NCBI GenBank assembly: GCA_944392815.1
Contig: CALXXY010000001.1
Location: 96,001 to 160,000 of the forward strand
DNA length: 64,000 nucleotides
Reading direction: 5' to 3'
DNA from: an uncultured Alphaproteobacteria bacterium
GTDB lineage: Bacteria; Pseudomonadota; Alphaproteobacteria; Rs-D84
In this document: one piece after another, positions 30,493 through 39,294 of the stretch
Position numbering within the stretch: position 1 is the first letter of the stretch
Layout of the letters: each line of letters begins with the position of its first letter
Program-made: the position numbers and the translations under genes
Notes under the pieces: model-generated
What the model was told of the DNA's origin: nothing
What the model saw: the letters and a program-made list of their open reading frames with translations, nothing else
The model's database searches: none

Positions 30493-30558
30493 TTTTAACG
30501 TTCTCTCTGGCAGACATTATACCACATTTTCAACAAAAAGTATACTGTAAATTACTAT

Positions 30559-31443
30559 TTATCCAAATACAAATCGTTCTGCATTACGTTTTTGGGTTTC
30601 ATTAAAAAGTTTTACTAGCACATCTGGACAACGTGCAGCTTCACCAGTTATAGAACACCTGAAAGCATCGCTTATTACTACAGGTATACCCTTCATCATG
30701 ACTTTTAACAATCTTGTTCTCGATTCTTCTGCCATAGGTCCAGCAGTCAATGTAAGCATGAGTTTGGATGATATCGGCAAAAATATCTGTGAATGCGGCA
30801 AATCAAAGCCTGTTATTTCACCTTTATATTCTATACTTGCCAAATGGTTATTCAATATCGTTGGATTATCAGATGTAATAAACTTTTCTTTTCCCGTAGC
30901 TTTTAACAACAACCATTCCATTGATGCTATGGCATCACGAACATCCCCATTATGCTCCACATCGTATAAAAAATTATAACTTATCACTCTGGCTACATTG
31001 TCATCTACCCCGACATCTTCGCAACAAAGTGTTTTTTTCACGTTTCCATCTGCATCTACTAGATCAAACAATGGTATATTATTTGCTTGTAAAAAAGCTT
31101 TAACATGATTTACATATTTTCGTGTTCTGTAAAATTGGCATAAAATCAAATCTTCCAAAATTTGAAAATTTTCGTCTGTGAACCACCCAATTGATTCTGT
31201 TTTCACAATTTTATCAACAATTGGAGCAGCCTTATCTTCCAAACCTGCATATTGTTTTTCTAATGATACCTTTCCCTTATTTGTATTCAAATTATAAAAA
31301 TACTTTTCTTGTGCGACATTCATGATATTTGCAGAATATGTCTTGTTTTCGATCAAGTCTGTTACGTCAATGGTCTTGCCATCTGCACAAAAGTGTTTCA
31401 ATAAGAACCTTGGTACATAATGTTGCCTTTTTGTATCTGCCAT
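30559..31443 (-). CDS. DUF4238-like protein
   Basis: N-terminal RQHYVPRFLLKHF, plus FITSDNP and FLPISSK motifs. Confidence 0.78.
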   Translation of the reverse strand: MADTKRQHYVPRFLLKHFCADGKTIDVTDLIENKTYSANIMNVAQEKYFYNLNTNKGKVSLEKQYAGLEDKAAPIVDKIVKTESIGWFTDENFQILEDLILCQFYRTRKYVNHVKAFLQANNIPLFDLVDADGNVKKTLCCEDVGVDDNVARVISYNFLYDVEHNGDVRDAIASMEWLLLKATGKEKFITSDNPTILNNHLASIEYKGEITGFDLPHSQIFLPISSKLMLTLTAGPMAEESRTRLLKVMMKGIPVVISDAFRCSITGEAARCPDVLVKLFNETQKRNAERFVFG

Positions 31444-31900
31444 TTATATTTCCACGCTATCTGCACATACGACGTATAAAAAGGCGATTGGTGGACATAC
31501 GATACACCAAAATACGAACCAGCCTTTTTTAATAAAAACTGCTTTTCTTGGTTCTTGTTGTTTTGCCATCTTATACCTCGTTGTTTTGTAATTTTTTTCT
31601 TTTTTAACCATAGTATAAAGCCGGTGTTTTAGCAACTGATTTTGATTAACTAAATCGTAACGATATCGTGGACGAAATCGTTTACGATATCGTAAAAAAC
31701 AGAATGTATTCTCTCACACGATTTCGTTACGAGAGAATGTATATAATGTACTCTTTTTTATACTATTGAATACTGTTTTTGACCAATCTAAAAATGTACA
31801 TATTTGCATACTACTTTCCATTTTTACACAACAGTACACAATAAAAACCCCTAATTTCTGCGTATTACAGCCGATTTTTTTGACACTGGAACTGTTGCTA

Positions 31901-31943
31901 TTAATCCGTATGTCACTGGTTCGAGTCCAGTTGCCCGAGCCAA
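31901..31943 (+). repeat. attR: duplicated 3' half of tRNA-Asn
   Basis: TTAATCCGTATGTCACTGGTTCGAGTCCAGTTGCCCGAGCCAA is identical to 26726-26768; the 5' half is absent. Confidence 0.92.
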
Positions 31944-32139
31944 AGATTTCCCGCAGACTTCTGCGGATTTTTTTGTTGTTTTGGGGGTGTTGATACCCCT
32001 TAACAAAACTACCCCAAAGTGCCGAAAAAGTGATATACATTGACTACAAAAACATACATTTGACATACGGTGTGTTCTATGTTTCGCATTTTTACCCCAC
32101 TTGATTATTTCTAAAAACTGTGTATAATATAAAACAATC

Positions 32140-32303
32140 AAGGTGGATTTAACCTGACTTGTCCTACCTCTAAATGGACTAAACAAGGAGTTGTTATATG
32201 CAAATTTTCCTATACTTTATGCCGCATTTTGCACAGTGCTTTTGCACCTGTGTTGGTAGCTACATGAATCCACCTTTGGTTCTTACTGCAAAAACCAAAG
32301 GAG
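32140..32303 (+). promoter_or_regulatory. SAM-II/SAM-V-like riboswitch with an expression platform upstream of metK
   Basis: P1 AGGTGG/CTACCT, loop ATTTAAC, pseudoknot TTGTCC/GGAC(T)AA followed by AAGGAG; promoter TTGATT-16-TATAAT at 32101-32128. Confidence 0.65.
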
Positions 32304-32309
32304 TATATT

Positions 32310-33320
32310 ATGCAAAGAACAGCAGAAGCGGTGTCTTTGGGACACCCAGATAAAATCGCCGATTACATTTCAAGTTACATATTGGATCGGTTAATCGAAC
32401 AAGACCCACATACCAGATATGCCGTTGAGGTTATGATCAAAGACAATACTATCGTCCTGGGCGGTGAAGTTACCACCTCTGCCCCACTCAGCGATTTGAC
32501 TGACAATGTTAAGTCTGCCCTTTCAGAGATAGGGTACGATGAACGTTACGCATCGGTATGGGGAGAATATGCTATTAACCCAGCGCAAATCAAAGTTATC
32601 AACATGATCGGGGTGCAATCGTCCGATATCGCCCAAGGGGTTAATCAGGATGGCTGGGGCGATCAAGGTGTGTTTGTTGGCTATGCCTGCCAAGGCGAAG
32701 GTAAGATAAATCGGGAATTATATTTGGCCCGAAAGCTGAACAAAGCCCTGTACGATAAAGCCCGTCAATCTGATAATCTCGGCATAGATATCAAGACACA
32801 AATCACATTGAACGACGACAAGATTGAAACCACTATTGTGGCAATCCCGATGTTAAAGGACGAAGACCTGACCGACTTTATCATTGAAACATTGGGCGAA
32901 AAGCCAGCGCACATCATCGTAAATGGCACCGGACGTTATACATATCATGGTTCAATAGCAGACTGTGGCATTACAGGACGAAAATTGGCATGTGACTTTT
33001 ATTCAACCGCATGTCCGATTGGTGGTGGCAGTCCATGGACAAAGGATGCTAGCAAGGCAGATTTGACCCTTAATGTGTATGCCCGTATCTTGGCGTGCGA
33101 GAACTTGGCCGACAACGACGAATGTTTTGTTTACCTGTCTTCGTGCATTGGGCGTGCCGAACTGCCAAGCGGCCTGATAAAAACGGTTAAAAACAACATT
33201 GTTTCCTATCGTGATCTGTGGTGCAATCAAAAACCAAGTAACTTGATAAAAGCATACGGTTTAGATAAACCGATCTATGCAAAATTATGCGACAAAAGTA
33301 TATCTGGAATACAGAATTAA
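32310..33320 (+). CDS. metK: S-adenosylmethionine synthetase, short and divergent
   Basis: EAVSLGHPDKIAD, GGEV, QSSDIAQGV, GWGDQG, DCGITGRK and GGGSPWTKDASKAD motifs. Confidence 0.88.
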   Translation: MQRTAEAVSLGHPDKIADYISSYILDRLIEQDPHTRYAVEVMIKDNTIVLGGEVTTSAPLSDLTDNVKSALSEIGYDERYASVWGEYAINPAQIKVINMIGVQSSDIAQGVNQDGWGDQGVFVGYACQGEGKINRELYLARKLNKALYDKARQSDNLGIDIKTQITLNDDKIETTIVAIPMLKDEDLTDFIIETLGEKPAHIIVNGTGRYTYHGSIADCGITGRKLACDFYSTACPIGGGSPWTKDASKADLTLNVYARILACENLADNDECFVYLSSCIGRAELPSGLIKTVKNNIVSYRDLWCNQKPSNLIKAYGLDKPIYAKLCDKSISGIQN

Positions 33321-33350
33321 AAAAGGGTGCCACTTGGCACCCTTGTTTTA

Positions 33351-33848
33351 TTATTTCAATTTATTGTATTCCGTATCACTGACCGGTTCCAACCATTCGG
33401 TACGACCGTTTTCACTTGGTACTTCAATTGCGATATGCGTAAACCAAGAATCTTTTGCCGCACCATGCCAATGTTTTGTACCCGGTGCAATATTTACTTT
33501 GTCGCCAGGTTTCAATTCAATTGCTGGCTTTCCCCATTCTTGATAATACCCACGACCATGTGTTGCCAATAATATTTGACCGCCACCATGATGAACATGC
33601 CAATTATTACGCACAGTTGGTTCAAATGTAACATTAAATATTCCAACCTGTTCAGTGCTTATCGGGTTCAGATATGATTTACCAGTAAAATATTGTCCGG
33701 CGATTGTATTTTCGGAACCAAATCCAAACATAATATTTGTTGGTTTTCGTGCTATATTCAAAATTTCCGCCACTTGGTCATCAGATAAACCTTGGTTTTT
33801 ACCAATCGCGATATGTCCGCCCAAACCCCACAAACACACAATCGGCAA
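33351..33848 (-). pseudogene. Cupin-domain protein, probably a 5'-truncated remnant of a CMD-cupin fusion
   Basis: NVTFEPTVRNNWHVH...GYYQEWG...KHWHGAAKDSWFTHIA; no SD or ATG start, and the N-terminus looks like the tail of a CMD-like domain. Confidence 0.6.
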
Positions 33849-34742
33849 AACAGTATAATTTGTGGCATAACATTCTAGTATAAGTTGTATTTTATTAAAT
33901 TACACATTACGGTTAGTTTTAAGTTATTTATAACATAATTCAACCTATGATTGAATTATAGGCGGAATTTTTATACAAAATATAAGATTACTATAACAAA
34001 CAACCAAAATGCTCCACGCATTATTTTTCCGATCAAGCAAACTCAAAATATTTTATATATTTGCATACGCCGTAGAATTCGACCACAATATTCAACCACA
34101 GATTGAATACACGCCTTCAAACAAAAGCGATGACGCCATCACAAAATTCAACTCTAGGTTGAATCCAGTTGAAGTTTCACCGACACAGAAAACATTTTAG
34201 AACATATTGTCGTTCACCTTGAAAATTTCATCACAAATTCAACCGCAAGTTGAACCGAATCAAAAATTGCGATTTTTTATGGTCTATCGCTGATAAAAAC
34301 AACACATAATTCAACCACAGATTGTATTTTATTCCAATTCGGCAACGCACCACGAAAATCATTTTATAACCTACTGCCTATATATCCGCATTATCGTTCA
34401 ACTACAGGTTGAACAAATCCATGAGTGCAGCATATTAATATTCTATCGCCCCCGATTCGATTGCATACCATAACATATGCATACCGTTGTGACGCGCGCA
34501 CAATGCTGCAGCCCTTTGTGGCGCACTGGTTGGCGCATGTCCGCACCCCCGCAAACGTACGTGTAAAAATCGACGTCAATCCCCAGAATTTTATGTAATT
34601 TTTATGTGTTTATAAAAAAGTCCAAAATTGCAAAAATGGCTGTATTTGTGCGGGACAATTCAAGCGCAGGTTGAATCGTTTGCGTATATGTGCAAATCGC
34701 GTTAAAATGCGTATATGCAAACAAAACAAGAGGGGCTTTGTT

Positions 34743-34994
34743 ATGAATAAATATCATTCTGCTTTATGGGACACGGTCAATCACATCGCACAAATGCGCA
34801 ATACATCATGTTCCGGACTGGCGGTGCAGTGCGGTTTTGATTCAACCAGTTTCAACCAAAGCAAACGCAAAACTAAATGCGGGCAATTGCGGTGGCTGTC
34901 TATGATGTCTGTGGCAAAAATACTGATGGCAACCGGAATGACACCCGTTCAGTTTGCAGAAATTTATCAAAAATACCTGAATAAAGAAAAATAA
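34743..34994 (+). CDS. Stand-alone repressor-type HTH protein (paralogue 3, duplicated copy)
   Basis: LWDTVNHIA...SCSGLAVQCGFDSTSFNQSKR...RW; GAGGGG SD. Confidence 0.8.
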   Translation: MNKYHSALWDTVNHIAQMRNTSCSGLAVQCGFDSTSFNQSKRKTKCGQLRWLSMMSVAKILMATGMTPVQFAEIYQKYLNKEK

Positions 34995-35299
34995 TATGCC
35001 CCGCATGGCGGCACACCCGGCAAAACGCCACACGATTCAACCACTAATTGAATCGGGCGGCGTTTTACTGGGGTAAAAACTATTTGTTGTGGTCAGGATA
35101 TTTAAGTTTGCTACGAAATTCAACTACTATATTCAACCTATGATTGAATGCATTGGTTGAATTTCGTGGACGAACCAAAATACATTGGACACAACCAATA
35201 TTTTTTATTCTGGTAAAACACTGACTAAATCAACCAGTGGTTGAATTTAGTCGGAGTGTGTTTGCGTCATGCGTCAAAACGCCGGCCAGTGCGTTGGTA

Positions 35300-35551
35300 T
35301 TATTTTTCTTTGTTCAGGTATTTTTGATAAATTTCTGCAAACTGGACGGGTGTCATTTCGGTTGCCATCAGTATTTTTGCTACGGACATCATAGACAACC
35401 AACGCAATTGCCCGCATTTAGTTTTGCGTTTACTTTGGTTGAAACTGGTTGAATCCAAACCGCACTGCACCGCCAGTCCGGAACATGATGTATTGCGCAT
35501 TTGTGCGATGTGATTGACCGTGTCCCATAAAGCAGAATGATATTTATTCAT
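35300..35551 (-). CDS. Stand-alone repressor-type HTH protein (paralogue 4)
   Basis: Differs from paralogue 3 at two residues (F/L, G/E). Confidence 0.8.
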   Translation of the reverse strand: MNKYHSALWDTVNHIAQMRNTSCSGLAVQCGLDSTSFNQSKRKTKCGQLRWLSMMSVAKILMATEMTPVQFAEIYQKYLNKEK

Positions 35552-35694
35552 AACAAAGCCCCTCTTGTTTTGTTTGCATATACGCATTTTAACGCGATTT
35601 GCACATATACGCAAACGATTCAACCTGCGCTTGAATTATCCCGCACAAATACAATCATTTTTGCAATTTTGGATTTTTTATAAACACATAAAAA

Positions 35695-37902
35695 TTACAT
35701 AAAATTCTGGGGGTTGACGTCGATTTTTACACGTACGTTTGCGGGGGTGCGAACATGTGCCAACCAGTGTGCCACAAAGGGCTGCAGCATTGTGCGCGCG
35801 TCACCCGCCACCAAAAACCGCATACGGTACCAATTACGAACCTGGTATATTTGTGCGGCAATTGGTCCCATGATTTTTACACCGTTTGCGGTTGGTGCGG
35901 CAGCCGCCAAAGCGGCACAAAAATTTTTCAGGGTGGATTCTTTGTTTGCTTCGATTATCAATGCGATTAATTGGCCATACGGGGGCATTTTTGCAACGCG
36001 CCGTGCGGCCATGTCTGTGGCCATGAACGCGTCGCGATTGCCGTCGCAGATTGCGGTCAACACCGGGTGATCAGGTTGATATGTTTGCAACAGTACGCGC
36101 CCAGGCGCATCACCCCGCCCCGCGCGGCCCGCGACCTGGAACAATTGTTGAAATGTGTGTTCGGCCGCGCGAAAATCTGTACCAAACAATCCCATATCCG
36201 CATCGACCACGCCGACCAAAGTTAAATTTGGGAAATGGTGGCCTTTGGCCAAAATCTGCGTTCCGATTACTATATCTGTTTCGCCGTTTTCCATTTTGTG
36301 CACAATTCGTTCCAGTGCCTGGCGCGACAAAATCGTATCACTGGACACCAGTGCCGTGCGGGCGGTGGGGAATTTTATTGACACTTCTTCCTGGATTTTT
36401 TCCAGGCCCGCCCCACGGTATGAAATTTCATTGCCACACGTTGGGCATTGTGACGGCAGTGTCATTGTTCGGCCACACATATGGCACAACAGTTTGCCCA
36501 AATGTTTGTGATACGTCATGCCCACACTGCAATCAGGGCACTGGGCCACCCAGCCGCATTTTTTGCACTGGACAATTGGGGCAAATCCGCGACGATTGAT
36601 AAATAACATAACCTGGTGTCCGGCGGCCAAAGTGTCATGCACGGCGTCACACAGCAATGGCGACAAATATCCCGCACGTGGCGCGGCATCGTCCGCGTCG
36701 GTGGGCAATGTATATTGTGTCGGGCGATTTTCACGCATATCTATGGTTTCGATTTTGGGCAAAGACGCCCCGCCAAAACGCGACGTTAATTTCAGGCATT
36801 TATATTTTCCGTCCGCCACATTTTGCAATGTTTCAGCCGATGGGGTGGCACTGGCCAACACTATGGGGAATCCCGCAATTTTTGCACGCAATACCGCCAT
36901 GTCGCGCGCGTGATAGTTTCCCATATCTTCCTGTTTATACGATGTATCGTGTTCTTCGTCCACGACAATCAATCCCAAATTTTGCCACGGCAAAAACAGT
37001 GCACTGCGCGTTCCCACAACCATACGAATATCACCACGCAAAACGCCGCGCCAAATTTCACGGCGACGGGCGGCCGTTAAATTGCTGTGCCACACAACGG
37101 GCGCAGCACCAAATCTGCGTTCATATCGCGACATAAATTGGGCAGTCAGCGCAATTTCAGGCATCATCAATAACACAGACGCCCCACGACTGTACGCGCG
37201 CCACGCGGCGTCAAAATATACCTGGGTTTTGCCACTGCCGGTGATGCCGTCCAATAAATATACAGAAAATCCGCCGTTATCTATTGCGGTGCAAATCTCG
37301 TGCGCTGCGGCCGATTGTTCGGCATTTAATGTGACGTTGCCCATATCGTGATATTGATATTGCGAAAAATCTGTTTCGCGGCGTCTGGCTACGGTTGGTA
37401 TTAATGCGCCGTGCGTTATCATGCCACGCACCACGGCACCACTGACGTGGGCGATGTTTTGAATATCAGATATACTCATTGCGTCGTTGTCATTTGACGC
37501 AAATGCGTCCGCCACTGATTGACGGGCGTCTGTCATGCGGATTTTATCGTCGTGGTTATATACATATAATTGTTCCATGCGTGGTGGCGAAAACGCGTCG
37601 GGCACATTTACAATCAATCGTAGTACAGCACCCGGCGTCATCAATGTCCAGTTGGACATTTTTTGAATCCATTGCAAATCTGCAACCGACAAATGTTCTG
37701 GGAATACATCGATGGTGTTTTTGATTTTTTCGGGTGGCAAAGCACTGTCCCCGATACCGTACACCACCCCGATATAGGGACGGTTCATAACACTGACGCG
37801 TACAAAACTGCCCAAATCGGCCGGTGCGGTTAATCGGTAGTCATAGCCCGCATTCACAACGTTTGGAATTAAAATTTTGACAACGTCACCCGTTTTGAAC
37901 AT
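35695..37902 (-). CDS. priA: Primosomal protein N'
   Basis: GITGSGKT, VDEEHD, SATPS, two CxxC pairs and KIDVNP; start at 37902 or 37908. Confidence 0.96.
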   Translation of the reverse strand: MFKTGDVVKILIPNVVNAGYDYRLTAPADLGSFVRVSVMNRPYIGVVYGIGDSALPPEKIKNTIDVFPEHLSVADLQWIQKMSNWTLMTPGAVLRLIVNVPDAFSPPRMEQLYVYNHDDKIRMTDARQSVADAFASNDNDAMSISDIQNIAHVSGAVVRGMITHGALIPTVARRRETDFSQYQYHDMGNVTLNAEQSAAAHEICTAIDNGGFSVYLLDGITGSGKTQVYFDAAWRAYSRGASVLLMMPEIALTAQFMSRYERRFGAAPVVWHSNLTAARRREIWRGVLRGDIRMVVGTRSALFLPWQNLGLIVVDEEHDTSYKQEDMGNYHARDMAVLRAKIAGFPIVLASATPSAETLQNVADGKYKCLKLTSRFGGASLPKIETIDMRENRPTQYTLPTDADDAAPRAGYLSPLLCDAVHDTLAAGHQVMLFINRRGFAPIVQCKKCGWVAQCPDCSVGMTYHKHLGKLLCHMCGRTMTLPSQCPTCGNEISYRGAGLEKIQEEVSIKFPTARTALVSSDTILSRQALERIVHKMENGETDIVIGTQILAKGHHFPNLTLVGVVDADMGLFGTDFRAAEHTFQQLFQVAGRAGRGDAPGRVLLQTYQPDHPVLTAICDGNRDAFMATDMAARRVAKMPPYGQLIALIIEANKESTLKNFCAALAAAAPTANGVKIMGPIAAQIYQVRNWYRMRFLVAGDARTMLQPFVAHWLAHVRTPANVRVKIDVNPQNFM

Positions 37903-37952
37903 GTCCATAAATTACTTGTTTTTTTATTTTTTTTCAATATTATTTATGGAAA

Positions 37953-38753
37953 ATGGCACCGTGGAAACAATTTTTTGGAACGCTGTGGGGTTTGTCGTAT
38001 TGCATACCCGTGCGTAAATGGCGCAATTGGATACGCAGCGAAAAATTGTTCGGATACGGCGATAAACTGAACGCATTACGCAGAACTTTCCCGGATTTAG
38101 ATTGGAAACATTTTCGCCTGGCCAAGGGTGGCGGCAGTTTGGCGTTCATTGTTGGTGGGCGCGTGTTTAAAATTCGCAAATTTCACCAGCGCGATGATTC
38201 TGTGCAACGTTTTAATCGCGAAAAAAGAATTACTGATGCCATTGCGCCCATTTTGCCGATAATGGTGCCGCATATTGATATTTTTCAAATTGATGAATAC
38301 ACAGTGTATTCGACTGAATTTATCCCGGGACGTATTTTATTGGATTTGCCAATGAAAAAAATTCTGGCCCACAGGGACGAAATCGGGCAATCATTGGGGC
38401 AAATTATATATACCCTGTTTAATGCGCGGTTGCCTGAATTGGACGACATGCGTCCCGTTGATGGCGACCCGAATGATACCGGTATGGTGCACGGTGATAT
38501 GTGCAGTAATATTTTGGTTGACCCGGACACTATGAAAATCACAGGCATTATTGATTGGGAATATTCTGGGTTTGGGTCACTGCGACGCGAATTTTTTGGA
38601 ATATTTTGGGTGCGCAGAAAAATGCGCCTGACAGATATTGCGCCGACAGCCATGTGGGAATATTACCGGCTGCGCGACAACAATGCCCCAGGAAGGAAAG
38701 GAAACAAATCTGTTTCAGCCCAGGGAAAAAAACATGAAAAAAAACAAAAATAA
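37953..38753 (+). CDS. Aminoglycoside phosphotransferase / choline kinase-like protein
   Basis: VHGDMCSNILVD and GIIDWE kinase motifs. Confidence 0.78.
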   Translation: MAPWKQFFGTLWGLSYCIPVRKWRNWIRSEKLFGYGDKLNALRRTFPDLDWKHFRLAKGGGSLAFIVGGRVFKIRKFHQRDDSVQRFNREKRITDAIAPILPIMVPHIDIFQIDEYTVYSTEFIPGRILLDLPMKKILAHRDEIGQSLGQIIYTLFNARLPELDDMRPVDGDPNDTGMVHGDMCSNILVDPDTMKITGIIDWEYSGFGSLRREFFGIFWVRRKMRLTDIAPTAMWEYYRLRDNNAPGRKGNKSVSAQGKKHEKKQK

Positions 38754-39294
38754 TAAAAAACAAACAGCGGCACAACGCGCGTTCTCGTCATACACGACAT
38801 ATATTTCAGAAACAGTTATCGATACGTACGGACCGTCATATGCGAACCAGGAAACTATGCGAAACACATGGCGCAACCAAATTCCGTATACTGATGAAAT
38901 CGCTGATTTTTTAGTATTCAAAACACATATGTATATCAGATTTTTGGACGCACGCGATTCTAATTCCACCAACCCCCAATTTTTGCGGGCATTAACACAT
39001 TTGATGGCTGATTATTTGTCGGCGTATACTATGCACAGTTCGGCAAAAATAACCCGAAAAAGGGCCAAAGAAATTTTAAAAAAATTGCTGTACGATAATT
39101 CTGCGTACATTCAAAATCTGTTGGCGCGCCAGGAATTGGAACGCAACGCGCGTGAATCCCGGCATAAAAACGCATACAAACGTCCCAACAGTATTCAGAA
39201 AAAGAAACAACAGCAATCTGCAAAACGCAAATTTAATGAAAAACAGAATCAAAAACAGGCAACTGTTATCGAAATCGTAATTCGGCAACGTTAA
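38734..39294 (+). CDS. Hypothetical basic protein
   Basis: ORF from MKKNKN overlapping the end of the upstream gene. Confidence 0.6.
   Translation: MKKNKNNKKQTAAQRAFSSYTTYISETVIDTYGPSYANQETMRNTWRNQIPYTDEIADFLVFKTHMYIRFLDARDSNSTNPQFLRALTHLMADYLSAYTMHSSAKITRKRAKEILKKLLYDNSAYIQNLLARQELERNARESRHKNAYKRPNSIQKKKQQQSAKRKFNEKQNQKQATVIEIVIRQR

Larger units (their letters stand above)
26726..31943. mobile_element. ~5.2-kb AT-rich genomic island integrated at tRNA-Asn; no integrase gene seen
   Basis: A 43-bp direct repeat of the tRNA 3' half lies at 26726-26768 and 31901-31943, with the downstream hairpin also duplicated; cargo is an R-M system and a DUF4238-like gene. Confidence 0.88.
33939..35635. 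repeat. Dispersed array of 11 TTCAA-N7-TTGAA palindromes
   Basis: Copies start at 33939, 34091, 34147, 34238, 34310 (TTGTA), 34397, 34659, 35036, 35132, 35229 (ATCAA) and 35619. Confidence 0.85.
34489..35804. repeat. ~508-bp inverted duplication (arms 34489-34996 and 35298-35804)
   Basis: The left arm is the reverse complement of the priA 3' end, the intergenic region and the HTH gene, with scattered substitutions. Confidence 0.92.

Noticed and set aside
31901-31943. Second tRNA-Asn gene
   Set aside because: Only the 3' half is present, so it is an att repeat. The ORFs called across it (31714-32186) are likely spurious.
33939-35635. CRISPR array, CtrA boxes or canonical parS
   Set aside because: The repeats are 17-bp gapped palindromes with irregular spacing and no cas genes. 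The motif differs from CtrA TTAA-N7-TTAA and from the parS GTTTCAC-GTGAAAC consensus.
37953-38753. Aminoglycoside resistance gene
   Set aside because: Only generic APH/choline-kinase motifs are present, in a non-mobile context, so the substrate cannot be inferred.
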